Below, one piece after another: positions 19,939 through 30,785 of a stretch of DNA of 64,000 bases (its first letter is position 1; every line of letters starts with the position of its first letter). Under the pieces are notes generated by a model, which worked only from the letters and a program-made list of their open reading frames with translations, ran no database searches and was not told the origin of the DNA. Made by a program: the position numbers and the translations under genes. Source of the stretch: Spirochaetota bacterium (lineage in GTDB: Bacteria; Spirochaetota; UBA4802; UBA5550). Where the stretch lies: NCBI GenBank assembly GCA_050298055.1, contig JBNKTL010000009.1, forward strand, positions 53,037 through 117,036, read 5' to 3'.

Positions 19939-21270
19939 ATGAGCAATAATTTTTTTGAAGCACTTCACCAGATTGCTGTTGATAAGGGAATATCGAGGCA
20001 GGAGATTGAAGATATTGTAGAATCTGCAATGCTGTCCGCCTTTAAGAAGCAGTATGGTGTTGTAGAAAATGTTAATGTGGTTTTTGACAGGGACAACAAT
20101 ACTGTTAATGTTGTCTCAAAACGGATGGTCGTTAACAGGCCGTCAAATCTTGCAGAAGAGATATCATTGAGCAATGCGCTAAAGATCGATCCTGACGTGA
20201 GTCTTGGTGATGAGATCATGGTTGAGGAGAATCCCCTGGAATCCTTCGGAAGGATAGCCGCACAGACCGCAAAACAGGTCATCATACAGAAGATAAAGGA
20301 AGCAGAGAAAAATCTTATCTACAATGAATTCAAGGACAAGGAGGGTGAGCTGATAAACGGTTTTCTCCAGAGGAAGTCCAGAGACGCGCTTTTTATTGAG
20401 CTGGGACGGACAGAAGGGATTCTTCCGGCCAGGGAGCAGTCTCCCCTGGAACATTTTAAGACCGGTGACAGGGTGAAAGCGCTTATCATCAATGTGGACA
20501 AGAACACCAAGGGGCCGAGTATTGTTCTCTCCAGGGCCCATCCGAAGTTTATTGAAAAGCTGTTTGAAATGGAGATCCCCGAGATCTATGACGGTGTGGT
20601 AAAGATCGTTAACGTTGTGCGTGAACCGGGCGTAAGGACAAAGGTTGCCGTAACGAGCGAAAGAGATGATATAGATTCTGTGGGCGCATGTGTGGGTATG
20701 AGGGGTATCAGGATACAGTCAATTGTGCGGGAGCTTGAAGGTGAGAAGATCGACGTGGTCGAATATTTTACGGAAAAAAGTATCATGGCTGCTAACGCCC
20801 TGACACCGGCAAAGGTCAAGGAGATTGTTGAGCTGGAGAGCGGCGGTGTGATTGCAGTAGTTGAAAACGATCACTATTCATTTGCAGTGGGAAGAGGCGG
20901 ACATAATGTAAAGCTTGCTTCAAAGCTCTGTGGTTTTGATATCGATATAAAGACAGAGGACCAGTACAGGGATTTCCTTGCTTCAAGTGATTCCCGGGCC
21001 ATTGTTGAACAGCTGTTTTCACAGTCTGAAGAAGAAGAAACATCCCTTGAAGAACTGCCCGGACTTGATGAAAGGACAATTAAACTTCTGGAAGCCGGGG
21101 GAGTTTTTTCTGTTGAGGACCTCGTGGAATGTTCACATGAAGATCTTTTGAAAATAGATGGAATTGGTAAAGTCTCTGCCGAGAAGATTCTGGATATTAT
21201 CCGTGAATTTGTTGAAATTGAGGATGAGGATGAAGAATATGATGAGGAAGCCGAGGACGACACCGAATAA
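19939..21270 (+). CDS. nusA: Transcription factor NusA
   Basis: FGRIAAQTAKQVI, S1, KH (VGACVGMRGIRI), C-terminal HhH and acidic tail. Confidence 0.97.
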   Translation: MSNNFFEALHQIAVDKGISRQEIEDIVESAMLSAFKKQYGVVENVNVVFDRDNNTVNVVSKRMVVNRPSNLAEEISLSNALKIDPDVSLGDEIMVEENPLESFGRIAAQTAKQVIIQKIKEAEKNLIYNEFKDKEGELINGFLQRKSRDALFIELGRTEGILPAREQSPLEHFKTGDRVKALIINVDKNTKGPSIVLSRAHPKFIEKLFEMEIPEIYDGVVKIVNVVREPGVRTKVAVTSERDDIDSVGACVGMRGIRIQSIVRELEGEKIDVVEYFTEKSIMAANALTPAKVKEIVELESGGVIAVVENDHYSFAVGRGGHNVKLASKLCGFDIDIKTEDQYRDFLASSDSRAIVEQLFSQSEEEETSLEELPGLDERTIKLLEAGGVFSVEDLVECSHEDLLKIDGIGKVSAEKILDIIREFVEIEDEDEEYDEEAEDDTE

Positions 21271-21309
21271 TTAAAATAACGAGAAAATTAAGGAAACCTG
21301 AATATTTAA

Positions 21310-23649
21310 ATGAAAGCCAGCGAAATTGCATCAAAGAACCATATTACAATTGAAGACCTGTTTGAAGTCTGCAAGGATCTTGGTATTGATTGTGACACTG
21401 ATAGTTCAGAACTGTCTGATCAGGATCTTTTCCTTGTAGAGAAGAAGATTGAAGTCATAAAGAACAAAAAGTCCAGGCAGATTGAAAAGAAAATTGCCGG
21501 TAAAAAAATCAAACTGAAAAGGAAAGTTAAGGTTTCAACGGCAGTCAAAAAAAAGAAATCGGCAGATGAAAAAACTCAAAAAGAGAAACCGGATGTAAAA
21601 AAGAAAAAAACCGCGGATAAACCCGAAAAGAAAAAAGTTGTCAGAAAGGCCGGTGATCATGCGGCCGCTAAGCGAGAAAAGAAACCTGTTGAAGAGAAAA
21701 GGCCGTCTCTCGATAAAGGGAAAAAAGATGCATCTCCTGCTGACGCGATAAAAAAATCCGATACTTCAAAAAAGAAGAAAAAGGCAAAAGATAAAGAGAA
21801 AGAGAAAAAGTACACAAAAGAAAAATATGCTGAAAAATCATTTTCAGTTAAAAAGAAACTGCATGTACCTCAGAAAAAAGAAGCCGTAACGCCGGAAGAA
21901 ATAACCATAATAGAAGGTGTAACAGTTGGTGAACTGGCAAAGAAACTTAATGTAAAAGCAAATGACCTTATCTCCCGCCTCATGAAGCTCGGAGAAATGG
22001 CCACAATTAACCAGGCCCTGGATCTTGATACGGTGGTCATTCTTGCGGAAGAATTCGGGACCGAGGTCAAGGTCGTATCCCTCTTTGATGAAACAGTCAT
22101 AAAACAGGTGGAGGTCGATAATCCCGAAGATTACATTGATGCTCCTCCTGTTGTAACAGTTATGGGCCATGTTGACCATGGAAAGACAAAGCTTCTCGAC
22201 ACAATACGGATGACCAATGTGACCGAGCAGGAACATGGGGGAATTACGCAGCACATCGGCGCGTACATGGTAAATGTCAACAACAAGAAGATCACTTTTC
22301 TTGATACACCCGGCCACTCCGCCTTTACCACAATGAGGGCAAGGGGCGCCAGTGTTACCGATATCGTTATTCTTGTTGTGGCGGCAAATGATGGGGTTAT
22401 GCCTCAGACAATCGAGGCCATTGACCACGCGAAGGAGGCGAATGTTCCCATTATCGTTGCTATCAACAAGATTGATCTTGAGGACGCTAACCAGGCGAAA
22501 GTGAAACAGGAACTCTCCAATTATGACCTGGTGCCCGAAGAGTGGGGAGGACAGACACTCTATGCGGAAATCAGCGCAAAGAAGAAGATAAATATTGAAG
22601 ACCTCCTTGAACTTATTCTTATCCAGACAGAGATGCTTGAACTAAAGGCAAACCCGAAGCAGAGAGCCCGGGGGACTGTTCTTGAATCCAAGCTGGATGT
22701 GGGAAGAGGCGCGGTAACAACAATACTTGTCCAGAATGGGACCCTGAAGGTCGGGGACCCCTTTGTGGTCGGTGTCTATAACGGGAAAGTAAGGGCAATG
22801 TTCAATGACCAGGGCGAACATATAAAGGAAGCCGGGCCGTCAACTCCCGTTGAAGTTCTCGGGATCTCCGGTGTTCCCGAGGCCGGAGACCCCTTTGAGG
22901 GAGTTGAATCGGAGAAATTTGCGAAGCAGATATCTCAAAAAAGGCTTGAGTATAAGCGTATTGAATCTGCTAAAAAGATCAAAAAGGTTACCCTTGAATC
23001 TCTTAACGAGCTTATCAGGGACGGTGAAATCCAGGACCTCAGAATTATTGTAAAAGCGGATGTGGACGGTTCTGCCCAGGCGCTGAAAAAGGAACTTGAA
23101 GATCTCAGTAATGACGATGTCAGGGTAAAGGTCATTCACCACGGTACCGGGGGAATTAATGAATCCGATGTTATGCTCGCATCGGCTTCCAATGCCATAA
23201 TTATCGGTTTTCATGTGAGACCAACAGGCAGGGTTGCCGAACTTGCGGAAAAGGAGAATGTGTCTCTCAAATACTATAACATAATCTTTGAAGCCACCGA
23301 TGACATCAAGGCCGCAATGCGGGGTATGCTCAAGCCGGTCATAAAGGAAGTTGTCCAGGGAAGCGGTGAAATAAGGCAGGTTTTCAAAATATCAAAAGTT
23401 GGAACTGCGGGTGGATCAATTCTGGCAGCAGGGACATTTACCCGGAAGTGCAGGGTGAGGATCATACGGGACGGTGTTGTTATTTATGAAGGTGATCTTA
23501 AATCACTGAAGAGATATAAAGATGATGTAAGCGAAGTTCAGGCGGGACAGGAATTTGGATTTGTTCTTGAAGATTTTAATGATCTGAAAGAAGGAGACGC
23601 GTTTGAAGCATATATTCTTAAAGAAATTGCCAGAGAATCCGCCGAGTAA
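21310..23649 (+). CDS. infB: Translation initiation factor IF-2
   Basis: [27 protein letters not shown]. Confidence 0.98.
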   Translation: MKASEIASKNHITIEDLFEVCKDLGIDCDTDSSELSDQDLFLVEKKIEVIKNKKSRQIEKKIAGKKIKLKRKVKVSTAVKKKKSADEKTQKEKPDVKKKKTADKPEKKKVVRKAGDHAAAKREKKPVEEKRPSLDKGKKDASPADAIKKSDTSKKKKKAKDKEKEKKYTKEKYAEKSFSVKKKLHVPQKKEAVTPEEITIIEGVTVGELAKKLNVKANDLISRLMKLGEMATINQALDLDTVVILAEEFGTEVKVVSLFDETVIKQVEVDNPEDYIDAPPVVTVMGHVDHGKTKLLDTIRMTNVTEQEHGGITQHIGAYMVNVNNKKITFLDTPGHSAFTTMRARGASVTDIVILVVAANDGVMPQTIEAIDHAKEANVPIIVAINKIDLEDANQAKVKQELSNYDLVPEEWGGQTLYAEISAKKKINIEDLLELILIQTEMLELKANPKQRARGTVLESKLDVGRGAVTTILVQNGTLKVGDPFVVGVYNGKVRAMFNDQGEHIKEAGPSTPVEVLGISGVPEAGDPFEGVESEKFAKQISQKRLEYKRIESAKKIKKVTLESLNELIRDGEIQDLRIIVKADVDGSAQALKKELEDLSNDDVRVKVIHHGTGGINESDVMLASASNAIIIGFHVRPTGRVAELAEKENVSLKYYNIIFEATDDIKAAMRGMLKPVIKEVVQGSGEIRQVFKISKVGTAGGSILAAGTFTRKCRVRIIRDGVVIYEGDLKSLKRYKDDVSEVQAGQEFGFVLEDFNDLKEGDAFEAYILKEIARESAE

Positions 23650-23675
23650 GTGAAAATGGATATGGGTTCAAAAAA

Positions 23676-24044
23676 ATGGCATATAGAAAAGAAAAGCTTG
23701 AAGAACAGATCAAGAGGCTTATTTCAGAGCTTATTATCAAGGAGATCAAAGACCCGAGGATCGGGTTTGTGAGCCTTACCGGGGTAAACCTGAGTAATGA
23801 TAAAAAATCGGCAAGAGTGGGTATATCTGTTATCGGCTCCAACAAAGAGCGTCGGAGTGCTTTTGAAGGTCTTAAATCGGCAACAGGGTTTATCCAGTAC
23901 CGCGTTGGTAAAGCCATTAAACTCAGGAATACCCCGAAGATTACTTTCTTCCTTGATAATTCCATATCGGATGGCGTGGATATGGTAGATTTTCTTGAAA
24001 ACCTGGTGAATGAAAATGATCCCGGGAATGATGAAGAGAAATAA
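23676..24044 (+). CDS. rbfA: Ribosome-binding factor A
   Basis: IKDPRIGFV, LRNTPKITF; follows infB. Confidence 0.95.
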   Translation: MAYRKEKLEEQIKRLISELIIKEIKDPRIGFVSLTGVNLSNDKKSARVGISVIGSNKERRSAFEGLKSATGFIQYRVGKAIKLRNTPKITFFLDNSISDGVDMVDFLENLVNENDPGNDEEK

Positions 24045-24061
24045 TTCGTTCTTTGTAAACA

Positions 24062-25000
24062 ATGTATTCGAATAATCTGAAGATGGTAAATAATTCAGTT
24101 ATTCTTGTTGATAAACCGTGTGGAATAACTTCTTCCGGAACGCTCAACAGGTTAAAAAAAATCACAGGTGTAAGGAAGGCAGGACATTCGGGAACACTTG
24201 ATAAGTTCGCCAGCGGTCTTCTTGTGATATGTACCGGTTTTGTGACCAGGCTCACAAGGTTTTTCCTTGAAAGCGACAAGAGATATACCGGAAAGATCAG
24301 GTTCGGAATAACAACCGATACCCATGATCCTGAAGGAGAAGTTATTGACAGCAAACCGGTTGATAACCTCACTCTGGATGATATATCGGGTATATTGAAA
24401 AAATATACCGGTGAGATAATTCAGCTTCCCCCGGTCTATTCCTCACTGAAGATCGGCGGCAAAAGGGCTTCTGACCTTGCCAGGGAGGGAAAGGAAGTCA
24501 GTCTTGAAGGGAGGCCGGTAACCATAAAAGAGATCACTCTCCTCGGTTACAAACCGGAGGAGGCGAGCATTACCCTGGACATTAAATGTTCCAAGGGGAC
24601 ATATATAAGGTCACTTGCACGGGATATCGGGAATGACCTTGGCTGCGGCGCATATCTTGAATCCCTGAGAAGAACAGAATCAGGAAGGTTTAGCCTGGGA
24701 TCGGCCGCGACAATTGAGGAGATTGAGCGCTTTTTAAAGGGAGGGGGTATTGATAAGGAGTTTATTATCAGGCCCTCGGATGCTCTTGCTGATTTCAACA
24801 GGGTCGTGGTAAACGAGAATGGGCGCAGAAGGGCGGTAAACGGAGCGCAGTTTGATTATTCGGATGTCATTGAGACAAATGATAAAGGCAGCAGTCTGTT
24901 TATTATTGAAGACGAAAAAGATAATCTTATCGGGGTTGCGGAAATCGACACTGACAGGTGGAATATAAAGTATTTGAATATATTTAATCAGGTAGACTGA
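24062..25000 (+). CDS. truB: tRNA pseudouridine(55) synthase
   Basis: [30 protein letters not shown]. Confidence 0.95.
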   Translation: MYSNNLKMVNNSVILVDKPCGITSSGTLNRLKKITGVRKAGHSGTLDKFASGLLVICTGFVTRLTRFFLESDKRYTGKIRFGITTDTHDPEGEVIDSKPVDNLTLDDISGILKKYTGEIIQLPPVYSSLKIGGKRASDLAREGKEVSLEGRPVTIKEITLLGYKPEEASITLDIKCSKGTYIRSLARDIGNDLGCGAYLESLRRTESGRFSLGSAATIEEIERFLKGGGIDKEFIIRPSDALADFNRVVVNENGRRRAVNGAQFDYSDVIETNDKGSSLFIIEDEKDNLIGVAEIDTDRWNIKYLNIFNQVD

Positions 25001-25046
25001 TAAAAGTTATAGAGAATTACAAAGTTTAGGAGGACTATATAAAGTC

Positions 25047-25304
25047 ATGATTGACAAAAAGGAGACAATCGAAAAGTACAGGACAAAGGACAATGATACC
25101 GGCTCACCTGAGGTACAGGTTGCACTTCTTACGGAAAGGATTAACCATTTAACAGAGCATTTCAAGGTACACAAGAAGGACCACCACTCACGGAGGGGAC
25201 TTCTGAAAATGGTAGGCCAGAGAAGAAGGATTCTCGGTTATCTGAAGAAAAAGGATATTGAAAGATACAGGAAGCTTATTCAGTCTCTCGGATTGAGAAG
25301 ATAG
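25047..25304 (+). CDS. rpsO: 30S ribosomal protein S15
   Basis: [33 protein letters not shown]. Confidence 0.98.
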   Translation: MIDKKETIEKYRTKDNDTGSPEVQVALLTERINHLTEHFKVHKKDHHSRRGLLKMVGQRRRILGYLKKKDIERYRKLIQSLGLRR

Positions 25305-25526
25305 ATATTGCGTACTCTTAAATTTCATCACTCCGGTCAAATGCCGGCCTGCTGCACATTTTTTTGCTTAGGGATCACCATTTGACTGAAAAGATGTTTT
25401 TATAAAGACCATCCTGTCATGATCCAGATTTTGATAATGAACAGTGATTTTAAAAATAATGAAAATGCTCAATGATTTTTACATGCAGCTGAGAAGCTGC
25501 GGAATAATATAACAGAGGTGAACTGA

Positions 25527-27617
25527 ATGAGTGCTGATTTTAGCATGAATATTGGAAACGAAACGTTGAATTTTAATACAGGATATTTGGCAAAGCAGGC
25601 CGACGGGTCTGTTTTGGTAACATACGGCGAAACCGTTGTCTTTGCATCGGCAGTAGCATCACGATCAGTGAGGGAGGGACAGGACTTTTTCCCTCTCACT
25701 GTTGAATACCGGGAAATGTCTTTTGCGGGCGGTAAGATCCCGGGAGGATTCATCAAGCGTGAATCACGGCCAAGCGACAGGGAGATCCTTACCTGCCGTA
25801 TTACCGACAGGCCCCTGAGACCGCTTTTTCCCAAAGACTTTGTGAACGAAGTACAGATTATTCTCTATGTCTGGTCCGCGGACAAGGAGAACCAGCAGGA
25901 TGTTGTAGCAATAAATGCGGCATCGGCTGCGGTCAGCATATCGGGTCTTCCTTTCAAGGGCCCGGTGGGTGCCGTCAGAGTGGGAAGGGTGGACGGTCAG
26001 TGGATCATAAACCCGAAATTCTCAGAATCTGAAAAGAGCGATATTGATATCGTGGTGGCCGGGACAAAAAAGGCCGTAACCATGATAGAGGGTTCCTCAA
26101 AAAATGTCAGTGAAGATGACATGATCGAAGCGGTTGACTTCGCTCATAAACATATCATTGAAATATGTAATACCCAGGAAGAGCTGATAAAGGCAGCGGC
26201 CAAACCGGAAATCGAGTATACGCCCCGGGAATCTCAGGATGAACTTAAAGAAATTTTAAAAAACCGGTATTATTCGGAGATTGAAGGGCTTGAAAAGTTC
26301 CTGATCAAGAAGGAACGGGAAGACCGGTTCAATGCAATCATAGAGAAAGCTGTGGAAGAGCTTGAAGAGGAATATCCCGATTCAAAGGGCATTATCGGTG
26401 AGATCCTGGACAAGTTTGACGGTGAGGTTGTGAGGAAGAGGATCCTTGAAGAGGGGAAACGCGCCGACGGCAGGGGGCTCACGGATATCCGTCCTATAGA
26501 TATTAAAATAGGACTTTTACCCAGAACACATGGTTCGGCAGTATTTACACGGGGAGAGACCCAGAGTCTTGGAGTAACAACCCTGGGAACCGTGGATGAT
26601 GCCCAGAGGATGGATAATATTGAAGGTGAGTCAAGAAAGAGGTTCATGCTTCACTACAGTTTTCCTCCCTTTTCTGTGGGTGAAACGGGACGTTTCGGCG
26701 GGACCGGGAGGAGAGAGATCGGTCACGGTATGCTGGCCGAAAGGTCCCTTGAGTATGTGCTGCCTGATAAGGATACCTTTCCTTATACAATACGGCAGAT
26801 ATCGGAGATCCTTGAATCCAACGGTTCTTCGTCAATGGCATCGGTCTGTTCCGGTTCACTTGCCATGTTTAACGCGGGTGTGCCCCTTAAGTCTGCGGTG
26901 GCGGGAATTGCCATGGGACTTGTTATGGAAGAGGACAGGTATTCGGTCCTCAGTGATATCATGGGACTGGAAGACCACCTCGGGGACATGGATTTCAAGG
27001 TTTCGGGAACCGAGACAGGGATTACCGCCTTTCAGCTTGATATTAAGATCGAGGGGATCACACTTGAGATCATGAGAAAAGCCCTTTACCAGGCCAGGGA
27101 GGGAAGGCTCCATATCCTCGGAAAAATGAAGGAAGCCATATCGGAACCTGCGGAAAATATCTCAAAGTATGCTCCGAAAATCAAGACCATAATGGTTAAC
27201 CAGGACAAGATTGGCGAGATTATCGGTCCGGGGGGCAAGGTCATTAAGAAGATCATAGAGGAGACCGGGGCATCGATTAACATCGATGATGACGGCAGGG
27301 TTACTATCGCATCGGAAGACCAGGATGCCATTGACTCTGCGGTAAAGAAGATCAACTCTATTGTGGAAGAAATCGAGGTAGGAAATTTCTATGAGGGGAC
27401 TGTGAAAAAGATCATGGAATTTGGCGCCTTTGTGGAGATTGCTCCCGGGAAAGAGGGGCTTATCCATATTTCCAACCTCGATCATACCCGTGTCAGGAAA
27501 GTTACGGATATTCTCAATGCGGGAGACAAGGTCAAGGTCAAAGTCATCAATATTGACAAACAGGGACGGATTGACCTCAGTAGAAAAGAAGCCTTAAAGA
27601 AGAAAGAGCAGGATTGA
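25527..27617 (+). CDS. pnp: Polyribonucleotide nucleotidyltransferase
   Basis: FFPLTVEY, RREIGHG, ESNGSSSMAS, GDMDFKV, KH and S1 domains. Confidence 0.98.
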   Translation: MSADFSMNIGNETLNFNTGYLAKQADGSVLVTYGETVVFASAVASRSVREGQDFFPLTVEYREMSFAGGKIPGGFIKRESRPSDREILTCRITDRPLRPLFPKDFVNEVQIILYVWSADKENQQDVVAINAASAAVSISGLPFKGPVGAVRVGRVDGQWIINPKFSESEKSDIDIVVAGTKKAVTMIEGSSKNVSEDDMIEAVDFAHKHIIEICNTQEELIKAAAKPEIEYTPRESQDELKEILKNRYYSEIEGLEKFLIKKEREDRFNAIIEKAVEELEEEYPDSKGIIGEILDKFDGEVVRKRILEEGKRADGRGLTDIRPIDIKIGLLPRTHGSAVFTRGETQSLGVTTLGTVDDAQRMDNIEGESRKRFMLHYSFPPFSVGETGRFGGTGRREIGHGMLAERSLEYVLPDKDTFPYTIRQISEILESNGSSSMASVCSGSLAMFNAGVPLKSAVAGIAMGLVMEEDRYSVLSDIMGLEDHLGDMDFKVSGTETGITAFQLDIKIEGITLEIMRKALYQAREGRLHILGKMKEAISEPAENISKYAPKIKTIMVNQDKIGEIIGPGGKVIKKIIEETGASINIDDDGRVTIASEDQDAIDSAVKKINSIVEEIEVGNFYEGTVKKIMEFGAFVEIAPGKEGLIHISNLDHTRVRKVTDILNAGDKVKVKVINIDKQGRIDLSRKEALKKKEQD

Positions 27618-27651
27618 TCTTTTCTCGGAGAATCTCTCACGCGGGTTGATA

Positions 27652-28914
27652 ATGACGACACAGTACAAGAGTGAAAGCGGATTAACTGTTCTCCTGGAAC
27701 CGGTCAATGATGTGGCTTCGATTTCTGCGGGCCTCTGGATCAAGTCCGGTTCCAGAAATGAAAACCTGTCCCAGTACGGATATGCCCACTTTGTGGAGCA
27801 TATGCTCTTCAAGGGAACATCAAACCATACCGCTCTTGACATAGCCAAGGAGATAGACAGGGTCGGCGGTCAGCACAATGCCGCAACCAACAGGGAATAT
27901 ACCTGTTATTATATAAATGTGGTATCTGATTACCTGGAACTGGCAATCAGGATGCTGGCAGATATGTACCATAATTCTCTTTTCGATAAAAAAGAACTCG
28001 ATAAGGAGAAGAATGTCATTATTGAAGAGATAAGGATGTATGAGGATACGCCTGATGAATTTATCCATGATATTTTCATTGAAAACATGTTTACCGGCCA
28101 TCCTCTCAGCCATCCTATCCTTGGGACCATAGAAGGTATAGATCGTTCAACAAGAGACCTTGTCTATGGCTTCTATGATCAGCATTACAGGGATGATAAC
28201 TCTATTTTTGTTATCGCAGGGAGTTTTGATGAGCCCCGGGCAAGGGAGCTTGTTGATACGTATTTTACAAAAGGAGTAAGAAACGGCAAGCCCTTGGCTG
28301 CGTCTGAACCGACCCCGCCTGAGAGAATTTCTGTAAACCATATAGAAAAGAACCTTGAACAGGTCCACTTTTGTCTCGGCACGGAGGGGATCAAAAGAAG
28401 TGACAGCAGGAGGTGGGCCCTCTATTCATTGAGTACCATACTCGGGGGAAATATGTCTTCACGGCTGTTCCAGAATGTCAGGGAGAATAAAGGAATCTGC
28501 TATTCCATTTACTCCTTCCATTCTTCGTACAGTGATTATGGCATATTCGGTATCTACTGCGCGACTTCGCCCGATAAGTTTGAAAAAGCAGTGGAACTGA
28601 TCGTTGATGAGTGCCGGGATGTACTGGAAAAAGGTATTTCGGAGGATGAGCTCCAGGATGCAAAGACATTCATGAAGGGGAGCCTTGCTCTCAGTTATGA
28701 AAGTATTGAAGTGAGAATGGGGCAGCTTGCAAAGAACGAGATGACACATAACAGGATCATAACATTTAACGATATGGTCAACGAGATAAGTAAAATAACC
28801 CCGGATGATATAAGGGAAATAACAGGGCATATCCTGGAGGATAAGCAGCTGTCAATGGTATCGGTGGGAAAGTTAAACGGTCTCAACACGGAGAAGCTGA
28901 AACTGAGCATATAA
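27652..28914 (+). CDS. M16 family zinc peptidase
   Basis: HFVEHMLFKGT (HxxEH), LGGNMSSRLFQ; usual position after pnp. Confidence 0.92.
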   Translation: MTTQYKSESGLTVLLEPVNDVASISAGLWIKSGSRNENLSQYGYAHFVEHMLFKGTSNHTALDIAKEIDRVGGQHNAATNREYTCYYINVVSDYLELAIRMLADMYHNSLFDKKELDKEKNVIIEEIRMYEDTPDEFIHDIFIENMFTGHPLSHPILGTIEGIDRSTRDLVYGFYDQHYRDDNSIFVIAGSFDEPRARELVDTYFTKGVRNGKPLAASEPTPPERISVNHIEKNLEQVHFCLGTEGIKRSDSRRWALYSLSTILGGNMSSRLFQNVRENKGICYSIYSFHSSYSDYGIFGIYCATSPDKFEKAVELIVDECRDVLEKGISEDELQDAKTFMKGSLALSYESIEVRMGQLAKNEMTHNRIITFNDMVNEISKITPDDIREITGHILEDKQLSMVSVGKLNGLNTEKLKLSI

Positions 28915-28948
28915 ATATTATTTTTTTCATGAAAAAATGTCAGTAAAG

Positions 28949-28975
28949 TTTTTTTTCCGCCGAAGGCGGGAAAAA
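28949..28975. terminator. T/A-flanked hairpin (terminator, or relic core of the 135-bp element)
   Basis: TTTTTTTTCCGCC-GAA-GGCGGGAAAAA; core is the reverse complement of CCGCCTTCGGCGG in copy A. Confidence 0.45.
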
Positions 28976-29076
28976 CAGGACAAAAAACTGTTTATTCCCG
29001 CAAATTAATTAATTATTTTCTTCTTGAAATTTTTAAGGGTAATAGAGATAAAAGCATTCTACGAAGAGGTATTAAT

Positions 29077-29481
29077 ATGGCCAACAAGGCAGAAAATATT
29101 AACAGTACCATTGGTGCAGGGTCATCTTTCGAAGGAAAATTCTATATTCATGGTTCTCTCAGAATAGATGGAAAATTCGAAGGAGAGATTAAAACCGAAA
29201 ATGAACTTGTTGTAGGCGAAACCGGCAGGGTAAAGACTGATATTTTCGCGCGGTCAGTGGTAATTGCGGGGACTGTCATTGGAAATATCAATGCAGTTGA
29301 AGAGGTTCGTTTGCTTGAAACGGCAAAGGTGCTTGGCGATATCAATACCCCCATTCTGACTATACAGAACGGTGTTGTTGCAAAAGGAACCATCAACCTC
29401 ACCGGAAAGCAGGGAAAAGACGCTGAAAGGGTAATAGAGGATTCATATAGCGGTGTGCAGGCAAAACAGCAAAAGCAGTAG
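29077..29481 (+). CDS. Bactofilin (polymer-forming cytoskeletal protein)
   Basis: TIGAGSSFEG, LRIDGKFEGEI, VIAGTVIGNI beta-helix repeats. Confidence 0.9.
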   Translation: MANKAENINSTIGAGSSFEGKFYIHGSLRIDGKFEGEIKTENELVVGETGRVKTDIFARSVVIAGTVIGNINAVEEVRLLETAKVLGDINTPILTIQNGVVAKGTINLTGKQGKDAERVIEDSYSGVQAKQQKQ

Positions 29482-29599
29482 ATAGATTTCATCAATTAAA
29501 CCGGTATTAATTTTATTGATTAATACCATTCTAAAAGCCGAAAGATTAAAAAAAGAGGCCCCGGCCTTAATAATAGTGTGAGCAGAAGATGATATCTTA

Positions 29600-30661
29600 A
29601 TGAAGAACAGGTTTTCTAACAACTTTAGTCTGGGTAAACTCAATGTTACACTCTTCCCGGGTGAAATAATAGTTGTCTATTCGGGCAAGAAGAGGGTTTT
29701 CGTTAAGTCGATTCCGCGAAAATTAACCCCTGGCAGGAAAAAACCTCTCTTTGCAGCTGCGATAATTCTCCTTTCACTTGTCATTTTCAAATCGATTCCC
29801 TCCTCCAGTTCATCTGCTGATGCCCGGAAGATATCAACTGAAGAGAATTCCGAAAAGGAAACAGAGACTGATTCGGATGAGGAGATGAAGAACAGGCTCC
29901 TTTCTTCCCGGGATACGGATTATTCCGAAGAGAAGGAATCCAATGAATTCACGGTTTATGAACACAGGGTCATGAAGGGTGAAGTCCTGAGCGAAATAGC
30001 CAAGAAATACGGTGTTTCCATGGACACCATCTGCGGAAGTAACAGCCTCCAGTCATACGACCTGATAAATGAAGGAGCACTTCTGAAAATTCCCAGCAGG
30101 GATGGAATTCTCTACAGGATGAAAAAGGGTAAAGACATTGCCTCAATTGCCAAAAAATACAAGGTTGAACTTGGAAAAATCCTTACGGCAAATTATCTGA
30201 AAAATCCCGATTTCATCCCCGTGGGAACTACGGTCTTTATTCCGGATGCGCGCCCGCAGAATATTTTTCCCGGATTTCTCTGGCCTACGGTTGCCCGGGT
30301 GATCACATGCGGTTACGGGTGGAGAAGGAATCCCTTCAACAGGAAGCGGAGAGAGTTTCACCAGGGGATGGATATCAGGGCACGGTATGAGCGTGTGAGG
30401 TCAACAAAATTCGGAAAAATAACCTATGCCGGCTGGCTCGGCGGTTACGGGAAGGTTATCATTGTTGCCCATCCCGGGAGAATAAAGTCCCTCTACGCGC
30501 ACCTCTCGAAGATATATGTGAGAAGAGGCCAGTATGTGAAACAGGGACAGTTTATCGGCAGGACCGGCAACACAGGAAGGTCAACGGGCGCCCACCTTCA
30601 TCTTGAGATCATCAGGAACGGAAGACCGATAAATCCCTTTATCTACCTGAGAAGAAGATAA
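29600..30661 (+). CDS. LysM-containing M23 metallopeptidase
   Basis: TM segment, two LysM, HQGMD, YAHL, STGAHLHLE. Confidence 0.9.
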   Translation: MKNRFSNNFSLGKLNVTLFPGEIIVVYSGKKRVFVKSIPRKLTPGRKKPLFAAAIILLSLVIFKSIPSSSSSADARKISTEENSEKETETDSDEEMKNRLLSSRDTDYSEEKESNEFTVYEHRVMKGEVLSEIAKKYGVSMDTICGSNSLQSYDLINEGALLKIPSRDGILYRMKKGKDIASIAKKYKVELGKILTANYLKNPDFIPVGTTVFIPDARPQNIFPGFLWPTVARVITCGYGWRRNPFNRKRREFHQGMDIRARYERVRSTKFGKITYAGWLGGYGKVIIVAHPGRIKSLYAHLSKIYVRRGQYVKQGQFIGRTGNTGRSTGAHLHLEIIRNGRPINPFIYLRRR

Positions 30662-30785
30662 AAGAGTATCCCCTAAACCCCCCTCAATATGTTTTAAAAA
30701 AATGTATTGACTCAGATCCATTCTGAAAATATTACCCAAAGGGTAATCAGATATAATTATCTTTTGCTGATACCTGGAGAACGAG

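Noticed and set aside
21450..21900. A-rich low-complexity region in infB
   Set aside because: Ordinary Lys-rich IF-2 N-terminal linker
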